DNA of 64,000 nt, from assembly GCF_009914755.1 (NCBI RefSeq), contig NC_060937.1. One strand, written 5' to 3'. The position numbers were made by a program, and so were the translations under genes. The notes beneath the pieces are model-generated. The model had not been told where the DNA came from and did no database searches. It was given only the letters and a program-made list of their open reading frames with translations. Every line of letters begins with the position of its first letter. The first letter of the stretch is position 1. This DNA is from the human T2T-CHM13v2.0 reference genome, Homo sapiens. This document shows, one piece after another, positions 1 through 14,136 of this stretch.

Positions 1-232
1 AACTACAGATATGTAGGGAAAATGGGGACTTAGAATCAGAAGAATTTGGAGAAAATTATTCATGTTGCAAAACTCATTGTTTTCTAAAGAATTCCTTTAC
101 ATCTTCAACTCCCTGTTGAAGCTATGTGATTATTTTGTGGTTCACTAATTATAAAAGTATAATGTAGTCAGAGATGACAGAGAGAGTAAAGAGAACACAA
201 TCCTTTCCCATTTTTAATATTTGAAGTTTATT

Positions 233-236
<4 letters not shown>

Positions 237-278
<42 letters not shown>
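237..278. repeat. (GT)21 microsatellite in the tail region of an Alu monomer
   Basis: Uninterrupted GT run directly abutting the Alu monomer at 281. Confidence 0.97.
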
Positions 279-280
<2 letters not shown>

Positions 281-285
<5 letters not shown>

Positions 286-398
286 AGATGGGGTCTTGCT
301 ATGTGCTCAGGGTGGTCTCAAACTCCTGGCCTCAAGTGATCCTCCTGCCTCAACCTCCTGAGCATCTGGGATTACAGGTATAAGCCACAGTGCCCAGC
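281..398 (-). mobile_element. Alu left-arm monomer (FLAM/AluJ-like)
   Basis: agagatggggtcttgctatg...ctcaagtgatcctcctgcctc...gggattacaggtataagccacagtgcccagc is the reverse complement of the Alu left arm. Confidence 0.9.
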
Positions 399-1038
399 TT
401 CCTTTCCTGTTTCTGAAGATGATGTGGAAGAAGTCGGCCTCTAAATGAAATGAAACGCCAATGCTCTAAGACTTAAGACTGCCAGGAAGTCTCATAGCTC
501 TGCAGTCTAGAGACCAGCTGGTCCAGCACCCACTCTGCCTTCCACTCTGCTTTTTCTCCACACCCTGGTCACTTCCATGGAACCTCCTTAAGTGTGCTGG
601 TCAGGCCCTGGAGTGGGTGACAGAATGCTGGATGATGAGTCTGTGCCTAAATCCATGTTTAGCTGGTGGAGTTGCCAGCTCCTTTCAGTCTAGGAAAAGT
701 CAAAAGCCACTTTGGGTTAGATACCTTCTGTTCTTCATGAGTCCCTTGGCTGAACCTTCTCAGTTGAGCAAGTGCAAGGTGAGCACACGCTGTTTGCCCT
801 TTTCTGTCACCTGTCTTAGTTCCTTGCCCTTTTCCATCACCTTAGTTTTCTGTTAGTACACAAAGCTCAGAGACGAAGTGAAGAAGTTTGCAGAAAGAGT
901 TCTGAAGTCTTGTGAGGGAAAAGATTCTAGACCCCCAGCCATTCCTTCTCTGCATTTGGAGTTTGGGAAACCTGTCCTGGTAGAGCAGAGTTGCCCCATC
1001 TGATAATTCTATATGTTCAAGTGAGAGAGTATCTAGAG

Positions 1039-1568
1039 CAGCAGTCTCCAGCCTTTTTGGCACCAGGGGCCAGTTTCGTGGAAGGCAATTTTTCCATGGA
1101 CCCGGGGTGGGGAGATGGTTTCAGGATGATTCAAGTGCATTCTGGTTTATTGTACACTTTATTTCCATTATTATTACATTGTGATATATAATGAAACAAT
1201 TATACAATCTGACATAATGTAGAATCAGTGGGAGCCCTGAGCTTGTTTTCCTGCAACTAGGTGGTCCCATGTCGGGGTGATGGGAGACAGTGACAGATCA
1301 TCAGGCATTAGACTCTCATGAGGAGCATGCAACCGAGATCCCTCGCATACACAGTTCACAATAGGGTTTGCACTCCTATGAGAATCTAATGCTGCCTGCT
1401 GATCTGACAGGAGTCAGGGCTCAGGTGGTAATGCAAGCTATGAGGAGCAGCTGTAAATACAGATGAAGCTTCTCTCACTCACCTGTCACTCACCTCCTGC
1501 TGTGTGGCCCAGTTCCTAACAGGCCACAGACCAGTACCAGTCTGTGGCCCTGGGGTTGGGGGCTCCTG
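1039..1568 (-). mobile_element. MER1A hAT-Charlie DNA transposon, full length
   Basis: Ends cagcagtctccagcc / ggttgggggctcctg; body matches recalled MER1A; 8-bp TSD atctagag/gtctggag. Confidence 0.92.
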
Positions 1569-2466
1569 GTCTGGAGAGTATAGAGTAAACTCTAACAGGA
1601 GTGCAGAGGCTGACCATGGCACTTTGGGATGCTGTGGGGTGGAGAGCCTTGCTTTTACCTCAAAATATAAAATTGTATGCCCCAGTTAATCTGAGTAGGA
1701 ATAATATCATTGGCTCCCTTTAGCATAGCTGTGATAGGCTGAGAGCACTCTCAGAATTTAATTAATTCTCAAGGAAAATCAATGGGGGAGAAACACAGAT
1801 ATATAAGATAGGATTCAATTTCCAAAGATTACCTTCTGATCTGGTCACATCAGGTGCTTCCAGGCCTTAAAGGCCTTATCATCTTTTCAAAGTCACATTG
1901 TCTTGACATGCCTGTATCCTATCCCGCATCGCTATAATTTTGTGGAACCTCATCTGTGACTCTACTTCCTAAGTCTGAGCATGTTTATGACTAGAGAGTA
2001 CCAGGTTAACAGCAATTTTTCAAGAGCTATCTCAGAAACAACTGGAAGCTTCTGAAATCAGGGCAAAGAAATTCCAGTTCCCCATTGTCCTCCACCTAGG
2101 GCTCTCCTTCTGAGTTCAGTTTTCATATGACTCTTTCCCAGGTGTCTTTTTAATTACCGTAACGTTCATATAACAAGACTTCTGCCCTGAAAAGATCCTT
2201 AGAGTCTGTCAATTCCAATCTGTTCCCTTTACAGAAGAAGAAATGTTACAGAGAGATAGAGATAAGAGAAAATGCAGTGAAGAATCCATACCCTTTTGTA
2301 TCTTTAGGGCAAAGCATTACAGCAAACATAGGGAAATGAATAGAAAATTATAGACACTTTGGAGATGTCATAGTCTAGAATGAAAATTCCATGAGCCATC
2401 TGGCCTCTTCATTGCTGTGTCTCTTGTTCCTCTCTCATGCTAGAAACTCAAGACATTTTGTATTAT

Positions 2467-2965
2467 TGAAACTGTGACCCAAACAGTTAAAGAAACCAGT
2501 GACTAGATAAGAAAAGAAAAAACTTGCTGAAATGCGGAAACTCCCTCTGCTTGCAACATAACAAACCTAGCTGAAATCAGTTGGAACCAATATGGCCAAA
2601 TGGAGTCAGTGCAGAACGAGCTTGCTGATGTCACAACCCAAATTTCCACTGCATGTTTCACACTAACTTCCCCCAAATTTGCAACATGTGACCCATGAGG
2701 AAGCGTGCAGAGATAACTGTGTGTGCCAAGGATTTTCTGGATCTCCCCTTTCCTTCCACCAATCACCAGTTAATCTCAGAATCCACCCCTAACCCTTTTC
2801 TAATAAAAATACTGCCTTAAAGTCAGCACAAGGAGACAGATTTGAGCTGAACTTCTGTCCCCTTGTTGGTCGACCTACAATAAAAAGCTTTTATTTTCTC
2901 AAAACCCCAGTGTCATAGTATTGGTTTCTAGCACTTCAGGCAGCAAGGCCTTTTGCTTGGTAACA
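2467..2965 (+). mobile_element. ERV1 (MER4-group) solo LTR, subfamily uncertain (MER66/LTR29-like)
   Basis: TG...CA termini (tgaaac...ggtaaca), AATAAA near 2879, 3' end typical of ERV1 LTRs, 4-bp TSD ttat/atat. Confidence 0.75.
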
Positions 2966-3599
2966 ATATGAATAAATGTCAAACTTTGTTTAAGTAAATT
3001 ACCCACATAGATACCTAATTGTGGAGACAAGCAGAATGAGTATGTAAATTACCCTGGCCTGAGAGCTTTCTCTGGGTTGCCTGGCAACCAAGGTAGCCTG
3101 AAAGCCCCACCTCTCCTAGGAGAGGCTACAAGTTCTCATAGGACCAGGGACATTCCTTTCTCCAGTGGGAGTGGCTGTCTCAAACTAACTTCCCACAGGT
3201 TTAGGACCCCTAAAGCCTCCAGGTGCTGAGCCTCTGGCATTTCCTAGCAATCCCCTAAACAGCTAGAACCTAAGCTCAGGCAGCTTAGTAGCTGAGCCCA
3301 AAATATTGATTTTCTCAGACTGCTCTCACACCAAGAGGCTGTAATTCAGAGACAGACCCCACTCCTATAACGATGGAAAACAACAGGAAGTGGGATGTCT
3401 CCCTTGCCGCAAGGCCCCTCAGTGTGTTTGTCGCTGCTCTGGCCATAGTCCGCCTCTCTGGGGATGCCAACACAAGAAAGGACACATCACCTGCGGACCT
3501 ATTTGTGAGTTTCAGTCTGCTCGCTGCTGGTTACCCACCCCTTGCACCAATTCACAACACCACGAGTTAGAATAGAATCATTGTCATGTTTAGAACCTG

Positions 3600-3715
3600 A
3601 AGCTATTCTCATTGTACCAATGTGGTAACTGAGGACCAAATAAATTGAGTGCCGGTCGTAAGTCATGTGGTAACTAATGACAATCAGGAGTATATCCCAA
3701 GCCTCCTGGGTGCTT
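3600..3715 (-). mobile_element. MIR fragment
   Basis: Degenerate core cattgtaccaatgtggtaactgagg...aagtcatgtggtaactaatgac. Confidence 0.55.
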
Positions 3716-4463
3716 CCTCAGATCAGTTATTTGGTCACTTAGGGTGAAAAAGGGTGATTAATGCATGTATTAGGGCTTATGGGGTGGAAGGACCTAGACA
3801 TAAGCTTTTGGAACTGCGATAGCCCTCCCATAGATCATGGGAAGTCTATTACCCTCCCAAGGATTTCTGCAAACTCCTTATGGGCTGTATTTTCAGAATA
3901 ATCTTCAGTATCCATTTCTGCTGATTAGATCTGTTTCTGCTGATTAGAGAACTCGGTATTCAAATTTCCAGTGGTCTCATAAATACAATTTTTAAAGTTC
4001 AGTTTCTTTGAAACGGGATTCAAATAAACCAAACTTTAAAAATTATATTTGTGAGATCACTGGAAATCTTGTGACTAGTGGATATGTTCCTAAGTCTTTA
4101 TTAATTAATAAGTTCTATTTCCACCTCTTGTTATGTAGTCCTTTCAATTTATCTGTTGAATAAGCCAAGGTTTCCCACAGTTTGGATTTTGTCAATTGTA
4201 TCCTTGTGGCATTAATTAATATGGTTCTCTGTTAATTCATTAGGGATTTTTTAAATGGTGTTAGTCTATGTTACTTCTTCATTTATTAGCCAGAATAATA
4301 ACTTCTATAAAGAGAAACTTTCCCTGATTGACCGTTATGTTATTCAGAGCTGTTTCTAATGGGGAAGACAGGATAGGTGCTTGATTCTCTCCCTTAATTT
4401 GTCTGTTTTCAATAATGAAAAATATTTGAAGATAACTACTGAGTTTTTTTAAAAAAATTATGA

Positions 4464-4817
<354 letters not shown>

Positions 4818-5362
4818 GTCTTTGTTCTTTTGAATGCATAAATGTCACATCTTTGGCCAGTGGGAGCCTATTTGAGTTGGCTTTTGAATCATTTGATTCA
4901 TCTTGTGTATTTCAGATCTAGAATCATATTTCTCTTGAGAATCTTGGTTTCTTTTACTGAAAAATGGTATGTGGGCCACAGTCTAGAAACTGGGAGCATT
5001 CATTGTTACTAGGTTGTTCATTGTTTCTTGGGATTTTTTTTAGCATGAAATATATTGAGAGTTCATATTGAGACTTCCAGTGCAAATTTAGTTCTGTAGA
5101 GTCTTATTTTTTTTATCTTCCATCTATATCTCCTTTCTCTGTGCTAAGTATCTAAGTTTTCTATGACAGTGGGATTGATGGAATTAGAATATCATATAAT
5201 TACCCACCCATTTTTTCTATCTTACCATGTCTCTGAAACAGTTTTAGAATAACAATACCAAAACTACTACCAACACTATGATTTCTGAAAACAGTTTAAG
5301 ATTTTCTTTTCTTTTTTTTTTTTTGTAGTTGTTTTGACTGTAGGATATATCCCAATTACCGA

Positions 5363-5430
5363 TTTTTTTTTTTTTTTTCAGAGACAGAGGCTCACTGTCA
5401 TCCAAGCTGGAGTGCAGTGGCAAGAACATA
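5363..5430 (-). mobile_element. Severely 5'-truncated Alu (AluJ-like) with TSD
   Basis: Poly-T plus about 50 nt of Alu 3' end; flanking direct repeat ccaattaccgattt/ccagttactgaattt. Confidence 0.85.
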
Positions 5431-7771
5431 CCAGTTACTGAATTTTAAAATCACTTGAAATAGTTCTTTTATTTTGAGTCAAGCTGGCAACCAAGGTAGG
5501 CTTGACCACAAAGAAAAGAATTATTCCAAGTGACAACATTTAGATTTAAGCTCAGAGGCTCCATTTTATTTTCTATGCTTTGGGATTGCTTTTTATAAAT
5601 TTTTTATTTTGCTTTATAGAATTATGAGAAATTAATGGATAAAAATCTTTACATGTAGAAATGCTAAGTTACTCCTGTGATATCTAAAAGTCTGATAATG
5701 CCCAAAAGGATGATTACATGCTGGAAAATTCTTCCTATTTTGAGAACACATGTTGAACATGTGATAGATGCAAAGATCCAATTGATTATTTCTCTTTGTG
5801 TATATGATGTTGCCCTGATTGCCCTCAAACTGTTTTACATTAGAGAGGTTTGCTTTCTATAACAGACATACCAGATCCCTTGAAGGGGTAGGGTATCATT
5901 GATGTTGTGCCATCAAAAGACATATGCCTAATGGGGAAGAGAGTGAATGAGGGCACACAGTGGTGAGAACCTGTCATGTGTGCTAGATATCATTAAAGTC
6001 TCACAATTGAATATTTTAAAAAAAGTAAATACTGCATTCTGCTCCATAATAATATGCATATTATATAAAGATAAAAAATTGCTTTTTAAATAACTTGCCA
6101 TCACAAAAATGGGCACAACAGGAAGCTGCATCATGTTTGAGGTGCAGCTTTCAGTCCTTTATGACATAGCGCTTAATATCCCTCAGTTAGGAGACATACG
6201 CAGTGGGCTATCAGGACTGCTTCATCACATAGTGCTCTAACATATTTCTGGAATAACTTGAAAGCATTTCTGAATAATTTAAATTATCTTTCATTTTCAA
6301 ATTGATTCAGAAGATCTCCTTTTTCCTGTCATTTGGAAACATCTTGAATTTGGAATCTTGCGTCGAGTTTGATAGGGGCTGGGTGGGAGAAGGGCAGACA
6401 AGAAGAAGAAAGTGTATCTTTCCTGCCCTCAACTTTCCTGGAAGCTTTTCTTGGTCTGTTTATTGCTGTCTTGGAGTTCAGGCAGCCCTGACCTTATGAA
6501 CATAGTTAGAACCTGTAGCGTCAGTCATCCATGGTGTCATTTGTGGCAGAAAAAAATATAGGATGACTTGCCTTTACAATTTATTAATAATGGCTGCTAG
6601 CTTTGTGCTTACTTTTTAAAATGTTCTCTACCTCCCTTGTCCTCAAATCACACCTTCTTTTCCTGATCCTATATTCTTTTATCTAAAATTATTTTTTCTC
6701 TTGAAATTAGAACTTATTTTTTTAATACCTTCCTTCTTAACCTATGTGATTTCTTTTCTTTCCAAACCACCTATTAGCTGGGTGGAGGAGCTTCTTGAGG
6801 TCAGATTCTATTTCACAGGTAAACACATATCTAAGCTCTGTTAGCTCAGTTCGAGTGGAATCTCAACCTTTGAAGCTGAAAGAAACATGGATATCTTCTA
6901 GGCCAGTGGTCTCCTGGCTGCATTTCAAACAACAGGTCTCCTCAGAGAAAGCAGAGGCCACCACAGAATGAAAAAAGGCAGTTGAATAGGCTTCTTTTTA
7001 CCTCTTACAGGGCAGTTCTGGTTTTATCTGCCTTAAATTTGGAGATTCCTTTCCTCCAATACTTAATCTTTTTTTTCTTAAAATAAAATTTCACAATAAT
7101 AGACAGTTTGAGGGTTACTGATTCTAGACCAGTTATCTAATTTTCAGACAAGAAACGTGAAGCTCAATTTACCAAATTGTCCAGGTCACACAGTCAATTA
7201 TAGAACGCAGACTTGACCAAGATCTTTTGACTTCCCCACTTACTATGCCTTCTATGACCTCCTATTTCTATAAGACAACAGAAATCAACATCAACAATGA
7301 AAAGCTTTTTATTTATTTTAAAAATCTATTGTTCTTTTATCTTGTTGCTTGAAGGGCACAATGAATGTCAGGCAGAATTGAGACAAACAGGAGAAAATTG
7401 CCTCAAGATTTTCTGAAATACAACTTGACAAATATTTTTATGTTGTACTAAATTAAAATATTTTCCAATGAAGAGAAAAAATTCTAGGCAAACTTGTCTG
7501 GTTGTGGTAAAAAAAAAAAAAGAATACAGATGACTAAATCATCATAATTTGTATTCCAAATGCAGAGAATGGTGAATAGGAAGAATATCAAATAGATAAT
7601 TCATGTTTTTAAAATTAATGTCCCTATTGAAAGCCAGCCATACAGATTTATGACAGATGACAAATACCTTCCAAAAAAAAGAATGGTCCTAGTGATGTTT
7701 TTTTCCATAATAAATAGACTCAAAGTAGAAAAATGGGGAATAACTAATTCTGAAGAAGGTATTTTAATGTC

Positions 7772-8447
7772 TTTATTTTCTTTTTCAACTTTTACTTTAG
7801 ATTTAGCAGGTACATGGGTAGCTTTGTTTCCTGGGTATATTGCATGATGCTGAGGTTTGGAGTATGAATCATCTCATCACCCAGGTACTGAGCATAGTAC
7901 CCAATAGTTGGTTTTTCAGCCCTTGCCTATCTCCCTCCCTTCTCCCTCTAGAAGTCCCCAGTGTCTATTGTTGCTGTCTTGTGGGTACCCAATGTTTAGC
8001 TCCCAGCTATAAGTAAGAACACGTGGTATTTGTTTTCTGTTCCTGCATTAATTTTCATAGGATAATGGCCTCCAGCTGCACTCATGTTGTGGCAAAGGGC
8101 ATGATTTCATTCTTTTTTATTGCTGTGTAACATTCCATGGTGTATATGTACCACATTTTCTGTATCGAATTCACCACTGATGGGCAACTCAGGTGTTGAC
8201 TCCATGACTTTGCTATTGTGAGTAGTGCTGCAATGACCATTCAAGTGCATGTGTCTTTTTGGTAAAACAATTTGTTTTCTTCTGGATATATATCCTAATG
8301 GGATTGCTGCGTCGAATATTAGTTTTGTTTAAGTTATTTGAGAAGTCTCCAAACTGCTTTCTATAGTAGCTGAACTAATCTACAGTCCCACCAACAGTGT
8401 GTAACTGTTCCATTTCCTCTGCAGACTTGCAACAACTGTTGTTTTTG
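7772..8447 (-). mobile_element. L1PA15-16/L1PB 3' end
   Basis: caacttttactttagatt...gggtatattgcatgatgctgaggtttgg...ccatggtgtatatgtaccacattttc is antisense primate L1 3' UTR/ORF2 end. Confidence 0.9.
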
Positions 8448-8515
8448 AGAAAAGTTTGTTTTTCAAATGATTATTAAGAATCCTTTGTGGAAAAAAATCT
8501 GCAAAGTCCAAAGGC

Positions 8516-8518
<3 letters not shown>

Positions 8519-8560
<42 letters not shown>
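8519..8560. repeat. (GT)21 microsatellite
   Basis: Direct reading. Confidence 0.97.
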
Positions 8561-8562
<2 letters not shown>

Positions 8563-9629
8563 TGAGGTGAGGGTGGCAGAGGGTGGTGGTGCTGGGTATG
8601 GGTGAATATGGGTATTTGCAGGGGAAAGCTTGGGTGGGCTGGGGTAATAACAGCATTATCTTGCATTCTATAAAATACTCATCTGAAATTCAAATGCCTC
8701 CTTTCTCTAAGGAGCTCAGCTTCCTTTATAAGCTAAGCTTTCCCAGGTAGGAAGGAGGAGGCTCTGAGCTGACTAATTACGGATGAACTTGTCCACATCA
8801 CTGAATTCCATTATGAAAAAAAGTGTTAGGCCAACTTTCCAACAGAACTCCTGGGTAGAAAGTCCCAGATATCAGGCCTGCCAAAATTATAGAAATGTAG
8901 ATCCCAGGAAATGCAACTCCAGGCAACTGGCTCTGCCCCGGAAACCAAGAAGAGAGTGAGGAGGAACAGAGGAAGTCAACACTGGCTGTTGGTGCAGGAA
9001 TTTTGAGCCTCCATGCAGATTCCAGAGGATGGTGGTAGAGATGTCAATGGAGATGATTGCCTATAAACCCAAGAACAGCTACCTGCATTTGCTCATCATG
9101 GAACTCACCAGGGTTTAATACATTGAGTTATTGAATTATCTGCCTCCAACCTATTGATTTATCTACTATGAGGGCAGAGAGAACACATCTGTCTTATTCC
9201 CTGTAGTATCCACAATGCTCAATATACATTTAAGTGTACATGTCCCAACTCACCTGTGTCGGTATTCTGCCCTTCTTCCTGCTACCAGTGGATGAACTGA
9301 TCCTGCCCCTATCTCTAGATAGCTCAGTTGGCACACTGGATCTCATCGTCCCTGTCCTGTACAAGAACTTTGATCCTGCAATTCTTCCCTTTTTCTTTGC
9401 ATCATAATTTCTCCCTCTATACTGAATTATTCTTATCAGTATCCAATCCCAGTGTAATATTTCCCATTTTTAAATAAAAAAACCAAAACTCTCTTAGATA
9501 TTACGTACCCCACACCAACAACCATTCCATTGTTATGGTCTTCTTAGTAACCAAAATCTTCAAAAGTCATCTCTACTCACTGCTTTCATCTCACATTCTG
9601 CCCTCACCCACTGGTTCTCTGCAACTGTG

Positions 9630-10054
9630 TGTTGCGGGTCGAGTTGTGTCCGCCGAAAAGACATGTTGGACCTTATTTGGGAATGGAGTTATCACAGTTG
9701 TAAATAGTGAAGATGAGGTCACACTGGAGCAGGGTGGGCCTTTAATTCATTATGACTTGTGTCCTCATTGGGAGAGGAGAGAAATACATGAGGGGAGAGT
9801 GCCATGTGACAATGGAGGCAGAGATTGGAGTGACATGTCTACAAGCCAAAGAGCCCCTAGCATTGGCAGCCCACACCAGAAACTAAGAAGAAGCAAGGCA
9901 GGGTTCTTCCCTAGATCCTTCAGAGAGAGCATGGCCCTGCTGACACCTTGATTTTGGAATTCTGGCCTCCACAGCTGTGAGAGAACGAATTTCTGTTGTT
10001 TTAAGTCACCCAATTTGTGGTACTTTGTTACAACAGCCCTAGGAAACAAATGCA
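9630..10054 (+). mobile_element. MLT1C-like MaLR solo LTR
   Basis: tgttgcgggtcgagttgtgtcc...gcagagattggagtga...cagccctaggaaacaaatgca; perfect 5-bp TSD ctgtg. Confidence 0.9.
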
Positions 10055-10499
10055 CTGTGCATACATATGCAAGACACCAAGGATCTTCATGTAACCAAAT
10101 CAAATGATCACTTCTAATATCTTATCTTACGGACCTCTTAGCAGAAGTTGAAACAGCTGACCACTTCCTCCTTGACGCTGTTCTCTTGTATCCTGGAACT
10201 CTCCATTGGCCTGGTATCCCTCCTACCTCACTGTCCTCGTCTTCTCAGGCTGCATTGCCAGCTTTTTCTCCATTGCTCAGCTTCTAAAAGTTTGAGTGGC
10301 CCCAAAATTAGTCCTCATACTTGTCTTTCCTATTTGCACTTTATTTTGCAGTTTTGCGGCTTTACATGCTGTCTGAGGTCAAGAACTGCACAATTTATGT
10401 CTCTAGTCAGAGCCTCTCCACTGAACTCCAGTGCATGTATTTCTATTGATGTGATATTTCCTCTTGAATGTCTGAGAGAAACATGAACATTTAACCTGC

Positions 10500-10903
10500 T
10501 GTCTTAGTCCATTTTCTGTAGCTTGCAACAGAATACCTGAAACTGGATAAGTTATAAGGAAAAGAAATCTGTTTCTTATAGTTATGGAGACTGAGTAGTC
10601 TAAGGCTGAGGCACCACATCTGGTGAGGGCCTTCCTGCTGATGGGGACTCTCTACAGAGTTCTGGGGCAACACAGGGCATCACATGGCGAGGGGGCTGAG
10701 GGTCCGAACTCAGATCTCACTTCCTCTTATAAAGCCAGAGTCCCACTCCTGTGATAACACACTAATTCATTAATCCATTAATTCATTAATCCATTAACCC
10801 TCTGACCCAAAGACCTCTTAAAAGCTCCTCCTCTCAATACTGCCACATTGGGGATTAAGTTTCAACACAAGTTCCAGAGGAAACAAACATTCAAACCAAG
10901 GCA
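10500..10903 (-). mobile_element. MST (MSTC/MSTD-like) MaLR solo LTR
   Basis: tgtcttagtccatttt...cacattggggattaagtttcaaca...caaacattcaaaccaaggca. Confidence 0.85.
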
Positions 10904-11112
10904 TCTGTTCAAACCCAAACTCTTGATTCCCACTCCCAAAACCTGCTCCTGTCTCAATTAGTAAATTGCATCCAATTGCTCCAGCCAAAATCCTAGAATT
11001 CATCCTTGTTCCTTTTTTTCTTACATCTCACATCCAATGCACTAGACTGTTGTGTTGGTTTTATTTTCAAAATATATCCTGTGAGCCAAAATAATGCTCC
11101 ATAGCTTGGCAA

Positions 11113-11330
11113 TCAATTTATTCAGCAAATATTTATTGAATACCTATGTGCCAGACACTGCTCTGGGCACCAGAGTAAATAGCAATGAGTTAACAAGCCA
11201 AGTGGAACATACATCCTAGTGGAGAGTGTGAGATTGTGAACTAAATAAATATGTAAACATATTTAAGGAAGTGATGATGTAGAGGGAAGAAATAAACCAA
11301 GATAACCGGATGGGAGTAGGGGAGACCGGG
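11113..11330 (-). mobile_element. L2 3' fragment in opposite orientation
   Basis: atttattcagcaaatatttattgaatacctatgtgccagacactg. Confidence 0.75.
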
Positions 11331-13890
11331 ACAGAGAAAAACACATACCCCGAATCTGACAATTTCTCACCATCTTCATCATCACCACCCCAATCTAAGT
11401 CAACATTGCTTTAGATTAATGAGGCAATAACTTGTCTTGCCCCAAGCAATGTGAGAGCCTTCATACCAGTCTGTCTGCTTCCATGTTTGTTCCTCTGCAA
11501 TTTAACCTTGACCCTGCAACCAGCATAATCTTTTAAAAATGTTAGTCACATCAAGTCACTATGCTGCCAAAGGCCTCCAGAATAAAATCTGACTTCCTTC
11601 TAGTGGCCTGCAGGCTGGTAACAATCTCCTGTAAACTGCAGCTTGCTCAGGCTACCTCAGCCACACCTGCCTTCCGGCTGTGCTTTCTGCACACCAGTCT
11701 GGTCCTGCCCAGGCCTTGCTGCTTGCTGTTTCCTCTGCCTTCTCCAGTGTTCCCACATCTTCACGTAACTTGTTTCCTCATCCCATTCATGCCTCTGCTC
11801 TATGTCAGCGCTTCAGGGGATTGCTCCTGGCCACTTTATTTAAAATAACACCTGTCCACCACTATTCCTTTAGCTTGGCTCGTACCTCTATAACATCTAT
11901 TCCTTCCCGTCGTTAGATTGTTTGCTTATTATTGTATTACAAACTAGAATGGACACACCTGGAAGGCAGGAATTTTTCTTTGGTCACCACTCTGCTCTCA
12001 GGACAGTGCCTGACCAAAAGTCAGAATTTAATAATATTTGTAAAAGAATGAATGAGCCTTGACTTCAACATTTCTTTTGAGACATCACAGTGACCTGCAT
12101 TTAACCTTTAAGGCAATAAGACTATTCCTCCTCGGCTGCATACTTGTCATAATTGTCAGATTTTGTTCTCTGAGGATCTTATGAGTCACTGTTGTCTGCG
12201 GAAAATTGTGGGGATCCTAGACTAATACCTTCACACAAGATCATCCAGTCTAGTCCTTGACTTAAGACAGATGCCCTATCGAGTTGCCATCCTTAACTTA
12301 CAGTTGGAGTTCTCATTTTATTCTACCTGAACTAATTTTCTTTCTGATAGAATATTGTTGATGACTTCATGGTCTCCACGCTGTCCTTTTTTCCCCCATT
12401 GGTCTCTCTCAATGAGGGGCTGAACCCGCCAGCAGGTAGAGAGTTAGAGACATTCACCTGTGACAATTAACACCCTGTTGACTTTGCATAAGTATCTTTA
12501 ACCACCAAATCAGATTACTATTCCTCTGAAGAGGCAGTTAGGATGCTTTGATTTTTTTTTCTAATAGTTGATTTTCACCCAACTTTCTGGAATTCAAAAG
12601 AGAAAATCTTGCATGAGGGGAAAATAATGCAGTTCTTGCCTTAAGAGAAAGTGAATGACCCCTTTTGGGCTTCCTTCCATTTCCATACTCCTATGAAAAC
12701 AAACTGGCATTTGTCCCTTAGGATTTTCTCCATACCCATACAAGAATACTTAAATATAGGATTGTTGTTTGATTAATTTTTAGAAAACTTCATATCATCC
12801 TACATATATGACTCTACCTTGCTTTTCTCAATTTATGTTACCTTATGGATAACCCTGTAGTGAAAACAGGTAAGAGCTCTGTTACTGTTTTTAAAAGTAG
12901 CATGAGATTCAATCATACACATGTTGCTACAGTTTATTCACCCATTCTTCTATGGAAAGACAGAATTTCGCTCTCTGTTCACTGTTGGTTGACAAGCCCC
13001 ATTCCATGACTGTAGTCCTATTGAGCATTTCAGATAACTTGATTTGCTGTTGAGTGTTTTTGCAGAAATTCTGACTCATCATCAGAACATGGAGATTTGC
13101 TTGAAAAGGTTTTCTGTGCTTTTCCCTAATGCCCTGAGCTTCCCTCTCCCTTGCCTTTGGTCTCATGAAATAATGTGGTTAGGCAGTGTGAGGTGGTGTG
13201 CCGTGCATTCCATGGGACACAGACATCCCATGTGTCGTGAGCAGAAAATAGGCACACAGCAAAAGCCTGGCGTCCAATGGCTGCAGGCAAATTCCAGCTG
13301 TGTTTCCAATTAACTGTATGATCTTGGTTAAGTAATTTTCCCTTTTAGGGCCTAAGTTGCTTCAGATTTGATTAGGGAGTTGGGTAAGATAAAACTTTCC
13401 AGTTTAGGGAAACTATGCTCCTGGGTACACAGCAGCTAAGGATTCTTGGGCTACAAGAAACAGGGAGCATATTTCTATGACATGTAATTTCATAAACTTT
13501 TAAACATTTAAACATTCATGGACATATTATGACATACAATGAAAAATCTATATAAATAAAACTAAGATATGAGAACCCAAAGAAAATCTCCAGTCATGGA
13601 GAGAGGGATTGTGATGCTTGTTTTTTTTTTTTTTTCTCTCATCATTATTTACAAAGCACTGAGCAGAAACATCCTACTAGGTCCTTCTAGCTCCAAAAAT
13701 GATGAGGCCAGGACAGTATTCATTCCAAATGCATCTGACTCTCAAGTGAGACAGTAGCTATGTTTCTCAAAAGGAGTCAGAAGTTCAAATTATGCAAGTC
13801 AATGAGTATATTTTTTAGTAGGTCAGACCCCAAAAACAATGATGTTCTTTCCCCCACCATAATGTATTATTTAGAATAATTCATTCATTT

Positions 13891-14136
13891 TCTTAAGGTT
13901 TTCTTTGTTTTTACTTTAAGCTCCGGGATACATGTGCAGGATGTGCAGGTTTGTTACATAGGTATACATGTGTTATGGTGGTTTGCTGCACCTATCAACC
14001 CATCATCTAGGTTTTAAGCCCTGCATGTGTTAGGTATTCGTCCTAATGCTCTCCCTCCCCTTGCCCCCCACCCCCTGACAGGCCCTGATGTGTGTTGTTG
14101 CCCTCCCTGTGTCCATGTGTTCTCATTGTTCAACTC
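13891..14136 (-). mobile_element. L1PA (about PA7-PA10) 5'-truncated 3' end
   Basis: tacatgtgcaggatgtgcaggtttgttacataggt...gtccatgtgttctcattgttcaactc; TSD ataattcatt(c/t)attt. Confidence 0.92.

Larger units (their letters stand above)
9240..12056 (+). mobile_element. Long L2 relic interrupted by MLT1C, an MST LTR and an opposite-strand L2 fragment
   Basis: L2 motifs resume across each insertion (acatttaacctg|ttcaaacccaaactcttgatt) and end in an L2 tail, aatatttgtaaaagaatgaatga. Confidence 0.75.
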
